Shown here piece by piece: positions 1 through 9,756 of a DNA stretch of 64,000 nucleotides. The position numbers were made by a program, and so were the translations under genes. Within the stretch, counting starts at the first letter, position 1. Each line of letters opens with the position of its first letter. The notes under the pieces were generated by a model, which was given only the letters and a program-made list of their open reading frames with translations, was not told the origin of the DNA and did not search any database. This DNA comes from Naegleria gruberi (Eukaryota): the NCBI GenBank assembly GCA_000004985.1, contig GG738901.1; one strand, given 5' to 3'.

Positions 1-2
1 TC

Positions 3-341
3 AAATTTTTACTCACAAGAGAACAAATTTTGGAACTTTCCACACTCGCAACCAGTTCAATTGCCTTTGTGTTGAAGAAGGTTGCTGAGGGAACAAGACT
101 TCCACTCCCAAACAGTACATCTAGTCACCTCAAATGGATTAGAGCTTTCATGCCTGAACATTCCAGTAATGATGAACATTGTAAAGTTATTGTAAAGGTG
201 GTAGAGAAGTATTTTACTCTGATGGTAGAATGTTGGGATAACGATCACAGCAAGCGTCCTGGATTCAGAGATATTATGTATAGATTGAAGGAAATGGTGG
301 ATTTGCTTTATTTTGATGAGTGTACAGTGAGAACTTTGTAA
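3..341 (+). CDS. Protein kinase, C-terminal fragment (TKL/tyrosine-kinase-like); the 5' part lies upstream of the window
   Basis: The frame is open from the window edge. It carries kinase subdomain X-XI-like motifs (VAEGTRLPLP ... CWDNDHSKRPGFRDI) and ends at TAA 339-341. Confidence 0.6.
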   Translation, partial: KFLLTREQILELSTLATSSIAFVLKKVAEGTRLPLPNSTSSHLKWIRAFMPEHSSNDEHCKVIVKVVEKYFTLMVECWDNDHSKRPGFRDIMYRLKEMVDLLYFDECTVRTL

Positions 342-586
342 ATTTTGATCATCATCATTAGCCATTGTTGTGGATTATTATACACTGTGAAATCCAGTTT
401 ATCGTGTTATCTCTTGGTTGCTGTTTAGTGATTGGGTTGCTTTCTGTACATTATTCGTTTTCCAAATATGGAAATCAGATAACAGTAACATAGATTGTGG
501 TCGACTGGACGCTCGCATTCTTTTGCTTCAATACTCCTCAAAACGCACCGATTATCGTTAACATCACCTCAAAAAAAGTTCGAATA

Positions 587-1744
587 ATGAGTGCACCATC
601 AACTACCAATAATTTCCTTGCAAATGTTTTGCAAACGCTTTCGAATAACTTTTTTGCAGACCTCAATAATACCAGCATCAGCACTCCAACCCTGAATATC
701 CTTTCCAATGAAACTGTACCAAATACAAGTCCTCCAACACCAACTCTTCATCCTCTTTCATACCCTTCTCTGGTAGCAAGTTTCAATAATTTTGATAATT
801 CTTCCATGTCTATGCGATCAGAGAGAGGAAACATGACTATTCGAAGAATGGTGAGTCCTCCAACTACAGATCCAGCACAAAACAATACCATTACACCTCC
901 ACCAACAGTTGCCATACCAATTGTTCCTCCAGTGTTGGCTGGAGGTGCTCATCCACCTCCTGCTCACTTGTTGGGTGGAGCAGCTGCTAATGCTCCATTC
1001 ACACCAGATAGTTTGCCTTGCATTCAATTTACCACTAATCTTTCGAATAGTTATTCAACCATTGTATCGACTAGACATAGCCGAACAATTGAGACTCACT
1101 CCTGTGGAGCTTCTACTCAACCAAACACCTCGGTTGAATACATTTTTTATACGAAACACACTCATCCTCAATACACTTATTTTGAGGTAAAGCTGGCAGA
1201 TAAACTCTTTTCTAATGCGCAGTCATCTGCTCCTGAAGTAGCTCTTGGTTTTGCACCTTTTGGATACAAGGGAATGGTCGGTTGGATGAAAAACTCAATT
1301 GGTTTCCATGTTGATAATGGACGAGTTTATGACGAGAGAGATGCAACAAACGGTATTGCAGATCGTGTATATTTAGGAAGTGTCAGTAGAGGAGATGTCA
1401 TTGGATGTTTGCTCAATCACAAGAATGGAGAATTTTTGGTTGTAAAGAATGGTCAAGAATTGCACAATCTTTCACATGGAACTGTCTTTAAGCATGACCA
1501 CTTTAAACAATCTCATCAATTTTTGCCAACCATTTCATGTTCAGATATTCACTTGGAAATGGAGGTGAATTTGGGATTGGACATGGTACGAAAACCATTC
1601 CTCTATCCAAGAGTTGTTCACTTTAGACAATTGGACAGATTATTGGCCATGGTCATTTCAGAAGATCAACAAGTAACTTGTTCGAGTTTTAATTTCACAG
1701 ATTTGAAAATCACCACACAAACCAATATTGTGCAATTTGATTAA
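587..1744 (+). CDS. SPRY (B30.2) domain protein with a low-complexity P/T/N-rich N-terminus
   Basis: 386-aa ORF starting at ATG 587. The C-terminal half reads as a typical SPRY domain (GFAPFGYKGMVGWMKNSIGFHVDNGRVYDE...GDVIGCLLNHKNGEFLVVKNG). Confidence 0.7.
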   Translation: MSAPSTTNNFLANVLQTLSNNFFADLNNTSISTPTLNILSNETVPNTSPPTPTLHPLSYPSLVASFNNFDNSSMSMRSERGNMTIRRMVSPPTTDPAQNNTITPPPTVAIPIVPPVLAGGAHPPPAHLLGGAAANAPFTPDSLPCIQFTTNLSNSYSTIVSTRHSRTIETHSCGASTQPNTSVEYIFYTKHTHPQYTYFEVKLADKLFSNAQSSAPEVALGFAPFGYKGMVGWMKNSIGFHVDNGRVYDERDATNGIADRVYLGSVSRGDVIGCLLNHKNGEFLVVKNGQELHNLSHGTVFKHDHFKQSHQFLPTISCSDIHLEMEVNLGLDMVRKPFLYPRVVHFRQLDRLLAMVISEDQQVTCSSFNFTDLKITTQTNIVQFD

Positions 1745-1875
1745 TATTTCTCTGTTCAATTGAAATAATAAAAATGTAAATATTTAAAATACTTTCCTTT
1801 TTATTGATGATTTGTTGTATCAAAATTCAAATCTAAGATGACGTTTGTATTACATACAGATACCAAAAAGTCAAC

Positions 1876-1948
1876 CGCCCCACGTGGGGCTCGAACCCAC
1901 GACCGTTGGATTAAAAGTCCAACGCTCTACCGACTGAGCTAGCGGGGC
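1876..1948 (-). tRNA. tRNA-Lys (anticodon UUU)
   Basis: The reverse complement folds as a cloverleaf: acceptor GCCCCGC/GTGGGGC, anticodon stem TTGGA/TCCAA with loop CTTTTAA, T-arm GTGGG-TTCGAGC-CCCAC. It is 73 nt. Confidence 0.9.
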
Positions 1949-2141
1949 TGCTCATTATCTGTCCTATCAAGTTAAATTTCCGATGGTTGATTTTATTTAC
2001 GTCTTGTTGGTACTATCAATGTAACTGCAGATTGCACTTATTCCTTCATACTTTAATTCCTTCATAATAAGGTTTCAAATTGGGTTCACTGTTGATTGAA
2101 TGCTTCAATGCTTTAATTAATTTAAATATTATTTAAAAAAA

Positions 2142-3152
2142 ATGAAACAACTTGTCTTGGCTATTTTCCTCTTGTTTTTCCTTGCTTTATTAACAACAAT
2201 GGAAGGAAAATCAATGAAAAACAACATGAATAATCGACCAGTGATTGGAATTTTAGCACAACCTACACTTACCGGAAAGATATCAATTTATGGAAAGTAT
2301 TATATTGATGCAGCCTATGTAAAGTTTGTAGAGAGTTCGGGTGCTCGAGTTGTTCCTCTGAGGTTTGATTTACCTCGTGATGAGATGAGAAGTTATTTTG
2401 ATCAGTTGAATGGAATTTTGTTTGCTGGAGGTGGAGTTGATTTGGTGGAGAAGAATGGAGATTTGACTCCCTATATGAAATCACAACAAATGTTGGTAAA
2501 TTGGGCTATTGAAGCCTATGAGAAGAATGGTGATTATATGCCAATGTGGGGAACTTGTTTGGGATTTCAGGGATTGGCTATTGCTTTGGCTAATGATAGC
2601 TCTGTAATGCAAAGTGGATTTGATTCAGAGAATATGGCCATTCCATTGGATTTTACAATGCCAGAGTCAAAAATTATAGAATCAACAAGATTATTCAATC
2701 CTAAAGAGGTGGACTCTGTTCAAATGAGGGATATTGTCTATTTGTTAGGAAATAAGAATGTTACTTTCAATGCTCACCATGATGGTATTCCAATAGATAG
2801 ATGGATCAGTAATTCAAATTTAAACAAACAAGTAAGACTCATATCAACAAATCTCGATAGAAATGGAAGGAAATATGCTAGTCTTTTGGAACATTCCAAA
2901 TACCCAATTTATGGAAGTCAATTCCATCCTGAAAAGAGCATGTTTGAGTGGAATCCAAATGAAGTCATTAATCACTCTTTAGAAAGCGTTAAGGTCAATT
3001 CATATTTTGGAAAATTCTTTATTAATGAATGCAGAAAGAACTCTCACACCTTCAAATCTGAACAATTTTTAGAAAAGTCTCTCATTTACCAATTCACCCC
3101 AGTTTACACTTATCCACTCGTAAATGATTTTGAGCAATGCTACTTTGTATAA
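2142..3152 (+). CDS. Gamma-glutamyl hydrolase (peptidase C26) with an N-terminal signal peptide
   Basis: The 336-aa ORF has a hydrophobic N-terminus, the catalytic Cys motif MWGTCLGFQ, and the His motif YGSQFHPEKS, which are conserved in GGH. Confidence 0.8.
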   Translation: MKQLVLAIFLLFFLALLTTMEGKSMKNNMNNRPVIGILAQPTLTGKISIYGKYYIDAAYVKFVESSGARVVPLRFDLPRDEMRSYFDQLNGILFAGGGVDLVEKNGDLTPYMKSQQMLVNWAIEAYEKNGDYMPMWGTCLGFQGLAIALANDSSVMQSGFDSENMAIPLDFTMPESKIIESTRLFNPKEVDSVQMRDIVYLLGNKNVTFNAHHDGIPIDRWISNSNLNKQVRLISTNLDRNGRKYASLLEHSKYPIYGSQFHPEKSMFEWNPNEVINHSLESVKVNSYFGKFFINECRKNSHTFKSEQFLEKSLIYQFTPVYTYPLVNDFEQCYFV

Positions 3153-3214
3153 TATTTATTAACAAGTTATTATTTATTTGAAATATGTTAGTGAGAGTTG
3201 TTGTTGGACCTGTT

Positions 3215-4807
3215 TCAAAATTGGTTTAATATCTCAAAATCTATTTGAAGATTTGACGAGTTATTGTTAGTGGAATTCTCCCATTCTTTCATGACCTCGT
3301 GTGGATTGATAGGCCTTAAAGGCAAAAATTGATCATCGTCGTTTCTTTCATGATCATCATTCCCTGAAAGGAAGAAGTTATCCATGTCTGTAATTAATGA
3401 TTGATCTTGTTCTTTATCTTCTTCCTTATAAAAGAATGATAGAGGTGAAGATGGAGCATTGGATTGTGGGGGAGGATTATTATTTACATTATCAAATGAA
3501 AGATCACCGACGTCTTCATTGAGAAGAGAATCAAGCATGTCATCAAAATCAGATTGGCCATTCATATTATTATTATTGGCAGATTGTTGAGGAGTATTGT
3601 TAGGATAGGAGGTTGACATTTGTTGAAATACTCCTGGCTCTGAATTCTGGGCAAAGATACTATTAAAGAGAGCTTGTTGATGAAATTCTTGAAGTTCTGG
3701 AGTACTTTGGGCCATAATGCCATTTTGATGGGCTGTTCTATTGTACAATAATTGTTGATTGGCATCAGGGTTCAATACTGTATGTCCACTCGTATTCATA
3801 TTAACAGGTTGATTACTGTACAATGCATTTCCAATACCCATCAAGAATTTCTGATTCTCCACACTCATATCTGTCTCACTATATGAAAGACTGAACTTTT
3901 TGTTACCGACTTCTTGAAGTTGCTGATTGGGTTGAATATTGATATTATTCTGACTCAAAGCTGCAGCCAATGAATGACGATCCAAATTGAGCATGGAATT
4001 CTTCTTTGAAAAGCTGGGAGATTTTTCAATACCTCTTCTAGGAGACATATTTGGTGGAATTCCATTTGGACCCATTCCATTCATCATTGATTGAGCATGT
4101 AGTGAATTGGAATCACTCAAATCTAAATTATTCTTTGAACAACCAGCTTTTGGTTTCTTCTTCATTTCCAGTTCAAAGTAGTTTGCCTTGAAATTTCCCA
4201 AACCAGAGTGTTTCTTCATTCTCAAACTTGTGGTATTGTGAAGAGTGGAGGCTGAATTGTGCTTTTTCAGAGAGGGTGGACTCTTCAAGTGAGATAAAAG
4301 AGGAGAATTAAGATTCGAATAATTATTAGGTGGAGTAGAGTAATGACTATTCATCTTGCTATTCCTTGTTGGAGTAGATGGTGCATTTAAATCAAAAGTT
4401 GGAATAGTACCTCTATTGAGAACGTCAGCTGTTGTCTCATTAATGAACATTAATGTGTTTGATGGTGGAGCTTGATTGACTTGTGAATGATGAGAACCAC
4501 TGCCACTGCCACTACTATGACCTACACTACTATGATTACTAGAATGTCCGTTAGAAGATTGAGAAATTGGAGAAACAACCTGTTGCTGCTGTTGTTGCTG
4601 TTGCTGTTGCTGTTGTTGATATAAATTATTAATGTCTTGTTGATTGAGTAAGGAATTATAGAGTTGAGCTTGAGACGAAAGTTGTTGTTGTTGTTGTTGC
4701 ATTAGCATATTTTGAAATCCTTGAGGATTAGTTTGAGGAGAAAGTGCTGCACCTCGGCTTGATGCATTTAAAACTTGCAAAATGTTTGTCGAGTTTGATG
4801 CCATCAT
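3215..4807 (-). CDS. Q/N/S-rich low-complexity protein with a 13-residue polyglutamine tract; function unknown
   Basis: Long minus-strand ORF. The start was chosen at the tandem ATG ATG (4807) after A-rich upstream sequence. The (CAA/CAG)n tract lies near 4583-4621. Confidence 0.5.
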   Translation of the reverse strand: MMASNSTNILQVLNASSRGAALSPQTNPQGFQNMLMQQQQQQLSSQAQLYNSLLNQQDINNLYQQQQQQQQQQQQQVVSPISQSSNGHSSNHSSVGHSSGSGSGSHHSQVNQAPPSNTLMFINETTADVLNRGTIPTFDLNAPSTPTRNSKMNSHYSTPPNNYSNLNSPLLSHLKSPPSLKKHNSASTLHNTTSLRMKKHSGLGNFKANYFELEMKKKPKAGCSKNNLDLSDSNSLHAQSMMNGMGPNGIPPNMSPRRGIEKSPSFSKKNSMLNLDRHSLAAALSQNNINIQPNQQLQEVGNKKFSLSYSETDMSVENQKFLMGIGNALYSNQPVNMNTSGHTVLNPDANQQLLYNRTAHQNGIMAQSTPELQEFHQQALFNSIFAQNSEPGVFQQMSTSYPNNTPQQSANNNNMNGQSDFDDMLDSLLNEDVGDLSFDNVNNNPPPQSNAPSSPLSFFYKEEDKEQDQSLITDMDNFFLSGNDDHERNDDDQFLPLRPINPHEVMKEWENSTNNNSSNLQIDFEILNQF

Positions 4808-5530
4808 GGATGTTTGGCAGATATTTTTACAGTTAGGAAAATTAATTGTTGCGTGATGGAGGTTCGAATATTTGGAGGACCTCAGTAGGGAAAGTAAACT
4901 AGGAAACCGTAGACTAATTAATCTATTTTTAGAGATTCGAATTGTTGAAAAAGTTCCTATTCGAAAGTGATTGTTTTTCGAGTTCAATATTATGCTCTCG
5001 TAAATAATTGATAAAGAGAAAATTGTTTGCCTTTGTTTTTCAAATAACAGATGTAGAGACCTTTTTTTTAACTCACCAATTCTATCTCTGTTACAAAATC
5101 GTGGTTGGTGAGAGGACAAAACGAGAGGTAAAATTTTGGTGTTGACTGAAGTTGAGATATCAAACATTTTGCCTACCAACAAACAATTCGGAAGAGGACT
5201 CGATATTTGATATTGTGCATAGGTAAAGATTGTTTGAGGTGTTGTGATGGACTGGAAAAAGGCGCCAAAAAAAAACCTCAACTAGAGTCAAGAGTATTAG
5301 CTGAGAGATGATAATTTAAATTTGGGGGCCTTGTTGAGGGTGAAGAGATTAATATAGGAGAGATTGCATATTTTGAGTAATATAATAATTAAATGTTAAT
5401 TATTATGATATTCTTATTTCCAATATGAAAGAAAAGTTCATTAAAGAATTAAATAATCAAATGATATGGAATTCATTGGTTTATTCATTCTCATTGGAAT
5501 AAATTCCTTTCTCAGAAGACGAAGAAAAAA

Positions 5531-7618
5531 ATGGCAGATTTCGAACTGGAGATTGGTGAACCTGTCCATGACGTGGCTGAGCTCATTGCATGGATAGATG
5601 CGTGTGATCTCATCAATGATGATGAAGAGGAATCAACAAATGCTCCGAACGATCATTTACAGCACTCATCAAGTGTTCAAAATTATGATTTTCTCTTGAT
5701 TGGCTCGAAAGCATTGAAGAGTCATTGGCAAGAATTAAATAATTCAACAATGATGGTGATGAAGGAATCTTTGGCCAAACATTCTGGATTTGGAAAGAAA
5801 ATTATCAAGAATCATGTTGATCACCGTTTTGAGAAGGACTCGGATTGGGATTTAGTTTGTCTGAATAAGAAAGCACTGATGGAATTCTTGAAGAATGAAG
5901 AGATTGAGGAGATTTGTGTTAATTATATTGTACAATTGGAGGATTTTGAAGTGAGTGAGAATGATTATTGTGAATGGATGAACATTGGTGGTCAACCAAC
6001 GAGATGGAAAGAGTTTTCGCTTCGTTTAGAAATGAAGAATGGATTAATTATTGAGATTGAATACTGCACTCATCAATATCACCTGTTAAAGTATTTGAAT
6101 TCAAAGAAGATTAATAATGTGAAAGTTCCATTCATGAATGAGTTCAATTGTGCTCTTGCTCCTCTCGAATTGTTGGAAATTATCAAAAGATCTCATTTAT
6201 TCTTTAATATTCTTAACGATTCCTGGTTGAAGCACTTTCTTGATATAGAAATGATTCATTTGATTCAAAAAGTATCGGAAACTCACGATGTCTTATACTT
6301 GGGCACAGCTTTTGAAGATAACGAGCTCATTTGGTTAGTTTATTACGACAGGCTTACAAAACGAATTGTAAAAATGGCTCAAGATGAACAGGATTCGTAT
6401 GATAATTATATTGACATATACTGTTTCAATATAAGGGAGGAAGAGATCCGTCATGTTGCTCGTGATGGTTATTCAGAAAGTTTATTTTCTGTTTTTGGAG
6501 TGAATGAAATTCAATTAAATCCATCATTTTTGGGAGACAGCTCCCAATCTATTGAGTACATGTCTCAAGCTATAGCTGGAAACATTCTCAAAACAAGTAT
6601 ATTCCGTGTGGTCAACTCTGAAGAATTGGAAAAGTTGATCCTCAAATCAATGCAAAAAGCACTTGATTATAATTACAAGACCTATCTGTTTATGATTATT
6701 ATTGAAGTGTATTGGAAGATTTCTGAGAGAATATTTGACATGCTCCATCAACCCGAAAGACTTGAAGCATTATTTAACACTAAGACTGAAATGTTAGAAT
6801 TTAAATTCAAGAATTATCCAATTGATTTGGAGAAGGATGATGTGAAGGATATTTCACATCTGAATGGTCTCTATATTTGCAGTCATTACTTGCCAATTCA
6901 TTTAATTATGAATATCATATCATATTCCCATTCAGCTAGTGATATTATCCATCTTACTCAATTGGACAAGAGTTGGAATCAAATTTTTGAAATTCAGGAT
7001 GTCTGGAAGTATTTGTATTTCAGCAGATATCCTACTCCATCCCAATACTATTCTGTGAAATCTACTTTCCAAGCAAAGAGTTGGAAATTGCAAGTCCTAG
7101 CCAGATCCAAATTGAATAGAATTCCACTACTGTCCAGTCAAGGATGTAAGGGACTTGCCGAAGTATTCAAGAGCAAGTTTATTGGAAAATCAGAAGCTTT
7201 CAAACAATTCATTTCTGATTTTTATGCAAACACTTACATTGTGAGCAAGAAGGAAGTTAATAATTCTTCTGATGAATCCAAAACCTTAAAAGCAACTTTA
7301 ATGATTTTCTGGCCAAGACAAGCTCCACTCCAGGTTGACTTGGAAGTTTATCTTGATTATGCTGAGTACAGATCTGGAGATAGTAAAGGAGGTTTCGGTA
7401 GCAGAGAGAAGGTCACAGTTAGATACTTGGGAGGAAAGAGCTCATATTATTCAAATCAACCTTTAATTCTCAGGTCAATCACCAACCCTGAAGACTTTAT
7501 TGGAAGGTACTATCTTTCAATATTGAGTCAACAACAATATGCTTCTCTATTTTCAACTTTGGCAGTTTTAGGATTTGGAAAGAATTGGACAAGTGAAGTG
7601 TTGGGTTATTCGTGGTAG
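5531..7618 (+). CDS. Hypothetical protein, 695 aa, with an acidic N-terminus
   Basis: Uninterrupted ORF. The ATG has an A-rich Kozak-like context (aaaaaaATGg). I recognise no domain. Confidence 0.55.
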   Translation: MADFELEIGEPVHDVAELIAWIDACDLINDDEEESTNAPNDHLQHSSSVQNYDFLLIGSKALKSHWQELNNSTMMVMKESLAKHSGFGKKIIKNHVDHRFEKDSDWDLVCLNKKALMEFLKNEEIEEICVNYIVQLEDFEVSENDYCEWMNIGGQPTRWKEFSLRLEMKNGLIIEIEYCTHQYHLLKYLNSKKINNVKVPFMNEFNCALAPLELLEIIKRSHLFFNILNDSWLKHFLDIEMIHLIQKVSETHDVLYLGTAFEDNELIWLVYYDRLTKRIVKMAQDEQDSYDNYIDIYCFNIREEEIRHVARDGYSESLFSVFGVNEIQLNPSFLGDSSQSIEYMSQAIAGNILKTSIFRVVNSEELEKLILKSMQKALDYNYKTYLFMIIIEVYWKISERIFDMLHQPERLEALFNTKTEMLEFKFKNYPIDLEKDDVKDISHLNGLYICSHYLPIHLIMNIISYSHSASDIIHLTQLDKSWNQIFEIQDVWKYLYFSRYPTPSQYYSVKSTFQAKSWKLQVLARSKLNRIPLLSSQGCKGLAEVFKSKFIGKSEAFKQFISDFYANTYIVSKKEVNNSSDESKTLKATLMIFWPRQAPLQVDLEVYLDYAEYRSGDSKGGFGSREKVTVRYLGGKSSYYSNQPLILRSITNPEDFIGRYYLSILSQQQYASLFSTLAVLGFGKNWTSEVLGYSW

Positions 7619-7638
7619 ATTAATTTTCAAAATATTAT

Positions 7639-9341
7639 TTAATTAAATTCATCATTCAATTCGTTATCATCATACCCATCTTCTTCCTTTGGCAAATTCA
7701 AAGTCTTAAAGTTAATTCCTGACAGATTTTGAGATGCTGATGATACTTGTAATTGTCCTTCCAACCCTATATCTGGGAGAACTGTTTCCAATGCTTGCTG
7801 ATTACTAAGGAGGCATGTGTCGAAAGCATCTTGCTTTTCCTTGAAAATGACCTTGTGTTGAGCAAGTGAATCCAAGAATTGAAGTGGAGGAGTCATTGTT
7901 TGTTGGTATTGAATAAAATTGTTCATCCATTCCATCTCTTCAATTCTTCTTCTCATTTCAGTTTCTCTTGAGAGTAACTCACTCATCTTTAATTGTGAAA
8001 TGTCGTGCAAGGACACCAATGCACGCTTGTATTGTTCTTTGAGTTGAGTTTCCATTTCAACAACATTGGAGACAATCATTTGTCTTCTTTCCTCAATAGC
8101 AGCCAATTCTTGATCTGCTTGCTTGAATTGCTGCATTTGTGTGAACACTTCAGGAAGAAGAATGGTCTCATCGGTGGGAGGATTCATGGTTTGTTCTACA
8201 AAGTTCAAAGCCTTTCTGTAGGCCTTTCCAATAATCTTGTCACTTGTTTTGAAAAAGTCACGATAATGTTGAAGAGTTTGATTTCTCAATCTCTCATCGC
8301 CCATATTGTCAAACTCAACAATACAAACAAAATCGCAAAAGATGTGAGCTGGATTGAGCATTATAAATTCGTGATGGAATTCTGGATCTTGTTCCTCTAC
8401 ATTTTGAAAGATTGATATTTAAACATATGATAACCTTACAATAACCTACCAGGTTGATAATAAACACTGTCATAACCTTGTGGAATTGAAACAGGTCCAG
8501 TAGTTTTTTTTTCAATACAGAACGATTTTCCTGGATAGAACAAACAGTGCATGAGACGATAGAATTTTTGACGAGATCCTGAACTTTCTTCGTAATTGGC
8601 TCTAGAGTGCTCTTGAGGTGGTATAAGAGAGGTGCTGAATTGTTGGGTTTCTGGACTCAAGTTAACTCGTCCAACAGATAGTTTGATACCAGCTTCTGGA
8701 ACATTGAAACCGTCACAAACAATATTTTCCAAAGTATTCTGAGATCCAATAGCTTCCAAATCGTTCAGGTTAATCCAAACATCCATCAAACCACCGTCTC
8801 CAATTGTAGATCTAAACTGATGATATTCAGAAGACTCCTTCAAACTGTAAATTCTAAAAGCAGTACTTGAAACAGAACCAACAGCCAATCTCAATGAATA
8901 TTCCAAATAGTTATAGAATGGATCTTGTCTTGGTATTTGCTTTGTTTTCATATTGAGAATTTGAAGCTTTTCATTGTTGTACATTGGTAAATCTTCAGTA
9001 TTGTCCTCACTCGAATTCATTCTAGGAGAACCGTAGTGTGCTTGTTGATTCATCATGAGCTGCTGTTGTTGAGGTGGAAACTGTCTGTACATGAGATTGT
9101 TGTGGTGTGGAAAAACCTGTGGTTGTTGATTCATCATTTGTTGATGTTCATTATACAGATTTCTTCTAAAGCTTGCTGCTGGCTGATAACCTCCACTTCC
9201 CCCACCTGGATAACCAAGGGAATTAGAACCACCTCCCATACTACTTCCTCCATAGCCATTATTATGATTATTATTATAAGTATTATATTGATGCATCATC
9301 GATGATGATGAGGGCATGCCCGACGATGAGGTATTGTACAT
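7639..9341 (-). CDS. Two-exon gene, join(8450..9341, 7639..8396) on the minus strand: a Q/N/G-rich N-terminal region with a C-terminal coiled-coil; function unknown
   Basis: Two minus-strand ORFs are separated by a 53-nt AT-rich intron (GTAGGT...TGTAG, 8397-8449). Removing it fuses ...YYQP to EEQDPEFHHEFIMLNPAH... in frame. The start is at ATG 9341 (MYNTSSSG). Confidence 0.6.
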
Positions 9342-9756
9342 TTTTTTAATGTAAAAAAACAGCCTTAATTCTTTTTTAACGGTTTTATTTTTTTGGCGGG
9401 CCAACAAGAGCCTCTCTTAAAAGATTCTTCTCATTCCTCCATGAAAACGAAAATCATAATCTGATAATGAAGAAAGTTTGTGAATATATTATTAATAAGC
9501 TTTTGTTGAAAAATAGTAATTGATAACAAATAATGCGGAACACCAAACCAAGACAATTTTTGAAAATATTTTCCAATTAAAAAAATTTCAATTACTGCGC
9601 GCTTTTTTTTCTTCTCTTCGTTCAACTAGAAATTTTCCATCTTCAATTACCAGAAGCAGATAACTTGTTAGCAATTCAGATTAAAGTTGCAACACAAGAA
9701 CAAGAACACATTGCGGAAGAATATAGAGAGAGAATTTATTTGCATAAAACTCCAAT

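Noticed and set aside
5531-7618. A possible nucleotidyltransferase (Mab-21/cGAS-like) GS...DxD motif in the 695-aa hypothetical protein (LLIGSKALKS...KDSDWDLV).
   Set aside because: The spacing between the GS and the acidic pair is about 37 residues, against the 8-13 that the fold requires. There is no other NTase hallmark, so this is probably chance.
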